From Raillietiella orientalis (Eukaryota), in NCBI GenBank assembly GCA_036172245.1, contig JAYWIR010000014.1:1240001-1304000 (forward strand): a stretch of DNA of 64,000 nt. Reading direction: 5' to 3'. A model generated the notes under the pieces. The model was not told the origin of the DNA. It was given only the letters and a program-made list of their open reading frames with translations, and did not search any database. This document shows positions 62,050-64,000 of this stretch, piece after piece (position 1 is the stretch's first letter; every line of letters begins with the position of its first letter). Made by a program: the position numbers and the translations under genes.

Positions 62050-64000
62050 AGTGCGCTGAAGGAATCTTGCTCTCGCATAGGTGACAGCGAGCAGGAGGAG
62101 TCAAGGAGGAGATTCGTGTGGAGACGGTAAACCTATGGTGCGCGGAAGCTTGCACATTCAGCAGGACTACTGTAAGAGTGATGATGCTACAAGCAGCCTT
62201 CGGGACTGACCACAGAATGGATTCTCTGAGACAAACGATGCAGGTGCTTTCTCTTGTAAGAAATGGCAAGAAGAAGAACTATCGTATGCTGGTCGTGGTG
62301 CATTCTCTCCTTTGCTTTACTTGGCGCTTTTAGAGATGGCATCTTGAGTGTTGTCAATGTGGGAACGAAGCCCCGTTTCGTTGCGAAGAAAATGGACAAA
62401 TCACAGGTAGGTCAGTGACGAAAGAGGTTTGTACCCAGTCACGCTGGAACTTTATTAGAAAACAAATCACAAGAGTGAAGGGAGATATATCCTTTCAAGA
62501 CACAAGAAACGCCCATACAAAATGTTAAACCCGGAAAACCACCGGCAAGCAGGCAGACTTCAAAAAAAAAGGGAACAGAGGGTGTGGACACAAAATAAAC
62601 AAAAAGGTAAGGTGGGGACAAGGATCTTTGATTTCAAATGTTCCTCTTCTTCTAGAAGCGTCGCTTGACGATGGTGACTTTCTAACGACTTTTCTGGGCA
62701 AATGAGGCCACCTTGCAGCTGCCTCCATGAAGTCGGCGGCTATGCCCGTGGCGTCTTTTCGCTGAGAACTTCCAACTTACGACGAGCCGTCACAATGGCA
62801 CGAATGCAACATATTGTTGCGATCACAGGGCCTTTCTTCAGTCTGCCTTAGCTGAAGAAGCGTTGCAGGAGGTTGATGACAGTGTCCTGTGGGACGAGAA
62901 GTGCCGAAGCAAGTCTCCGCCATAACTCCCGCAAGAACTGCAGTCCAGGAGTAGGTGCGGAAGCGATTCCATCGCTCCGCACCTGAGACAGTCTGCGGAG
63001 GCAACTCCCTTGAAAATCAGCTCTGATTGCACTGGAAGTCCCAGTGCAGGAATAGCAGAACATAGTGCTTCCATTGAAGTGAGAACACCGAGGTGTCCAT
63101 GCACTGGGAAGGGACCACAAGTTCATCGGGGGGTACACCAAGAAGCCACTCCACCGAAGGAGTGCCTTTGCCTGGGGACAAGGAGTGACAGCATCCACCA
63201 ACTCGCACGTTTTGCAGCTGCTCAGGAGTTTTTCCACTCCTGCAATGTTGCAGGAGAACTCCTACCTTGCCAGTTGGCTACTGTCGTTGTTTGCCCTGAG
63301 GGCAGACACCGCTGCGTCCAGGGGTGACACGGCTGCCCGAGACCAAAGCGACCAGTCCAGCAGAATAACTCCTAGCGGGTTGCGTAGCAGACCCTGTAGA
63401 GGTCGCAGTTGCTCTGGACGCACTTTCAAAATGGAAGTCCAGTGCTTCAGAGCTTCCTGCCGCCAGGCATTCCAGTTCGTGGCAGTGACGAAAGAGAGCG
63501 GTTGCACCAACACTACTCCACTTCCTTTGCCCGATCTCGCCTTCTGTGTCCCTTCATTTCCCTTCCAGAGGATTGAAACGTGTTTCCCTAAACTAAGGGA
63601 CCTGAAGGTGCAGGAAGGGAAGGAAGTGCTCCCGGGTGAGGACAGATATGCAGGTGTGCGCTCCTAGAAAAAAGTCAACTCTGCCTCTTCGCATTATGCA
63701 GTTCCTGGGAACGCCTAGGTGTCGGAAGGGCCACCATGAAACGAGAGAGAGCGGCTGCACTCGCTTCTGAAGGATCCGGTGAAGGGTCATTGGGCATAGG
63801 TAAGGTAGAAACAAACATATGAACTCCCTCAATCCGCTCAAACGGAAAGACAATTGGCTGGATGGAAGCCACCCCTGCCGTTCCAGAGGGAGCGATAAGA
63901 ATTCTGAGGAAGTCCCAAAGGGAGAAGTCAACAAGGTGGTATCTCGAGACGGGAGTGAAAGGCAGACGGAATATGGAAGTAGATCCCAAGAATCTTGGGA
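62050..64000 (-). mobile_element. Degenerate Ty3/Gypsy element E (RNaseH-integrase), continuing beyond the window
   Basis: RNaseH: LVDFS (~63935), LSLVSWWPFRHLG (~63750), NPLEGK. Integrase: VEKLLSSCKTCE (63237-63202), MDTSV..KHYVLLF, TPRA*PPTS, YLPSLL*FVF**SSSVTGYKP (~62490-62425), KLPRTIG..VTY (~62150-62075). Confidence 0.72.

Noticed and set aside
1..64000. ORF-track entries as host protein genes
   Set aside because: All are short (224 aa or less), overlap in several frames and resemble no host family I recognise. Those with signal are pieces of decayed pol or their antisense shadows. Small exons of a spliced gene cannot be fully excluded.
1..64000. Alternative genetic code or stop-codon reassignment making the elements intact
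   Set aside because: Motifs switch frames and catalytic residues (YxDD, D-D-E) are mutated, so readthrough would not restore the proteins.

Overview
This is eukaryotic DNA. I found no supportable intact host gene, RNA gene or CRISPR array. Most ORFs in the six-frame track are noise or antisense shadows. Reading through the stops and frameshifts by eye shows the 64 kb is almost wall-to-wall heavily decayed Ty3/Gypsy (Metaviridae) LTR-retrotransposon pol remnants, about 18 units. The order PR-RT-RNaseH-integrase, often followed by a chromodomain-like tail, points to chromovirus-type elements. The units form head-to-tail runs whose orientation flips about eight times, and no LTRs are recognisable. 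Single motifs are weak; the support is their correct order and spacing. All element boundaries are approximate. The most unusual feature is a near-identical 1,143-bp inverted duplication (39874-41016 vs 59892-61034). It replaces, in domain register, the RT-RNaseH part of a different and otherwise unalignable copy, which looks like recent ectopic gene conversion between dead elements. Several perfect short hairpins and micro-duplications suggest template-switch repair scars. The host cannot be determined from the sequence. Highly degenerate chromovirus relics are known from coccidia such as Eimeria, but that is only a possibility here.
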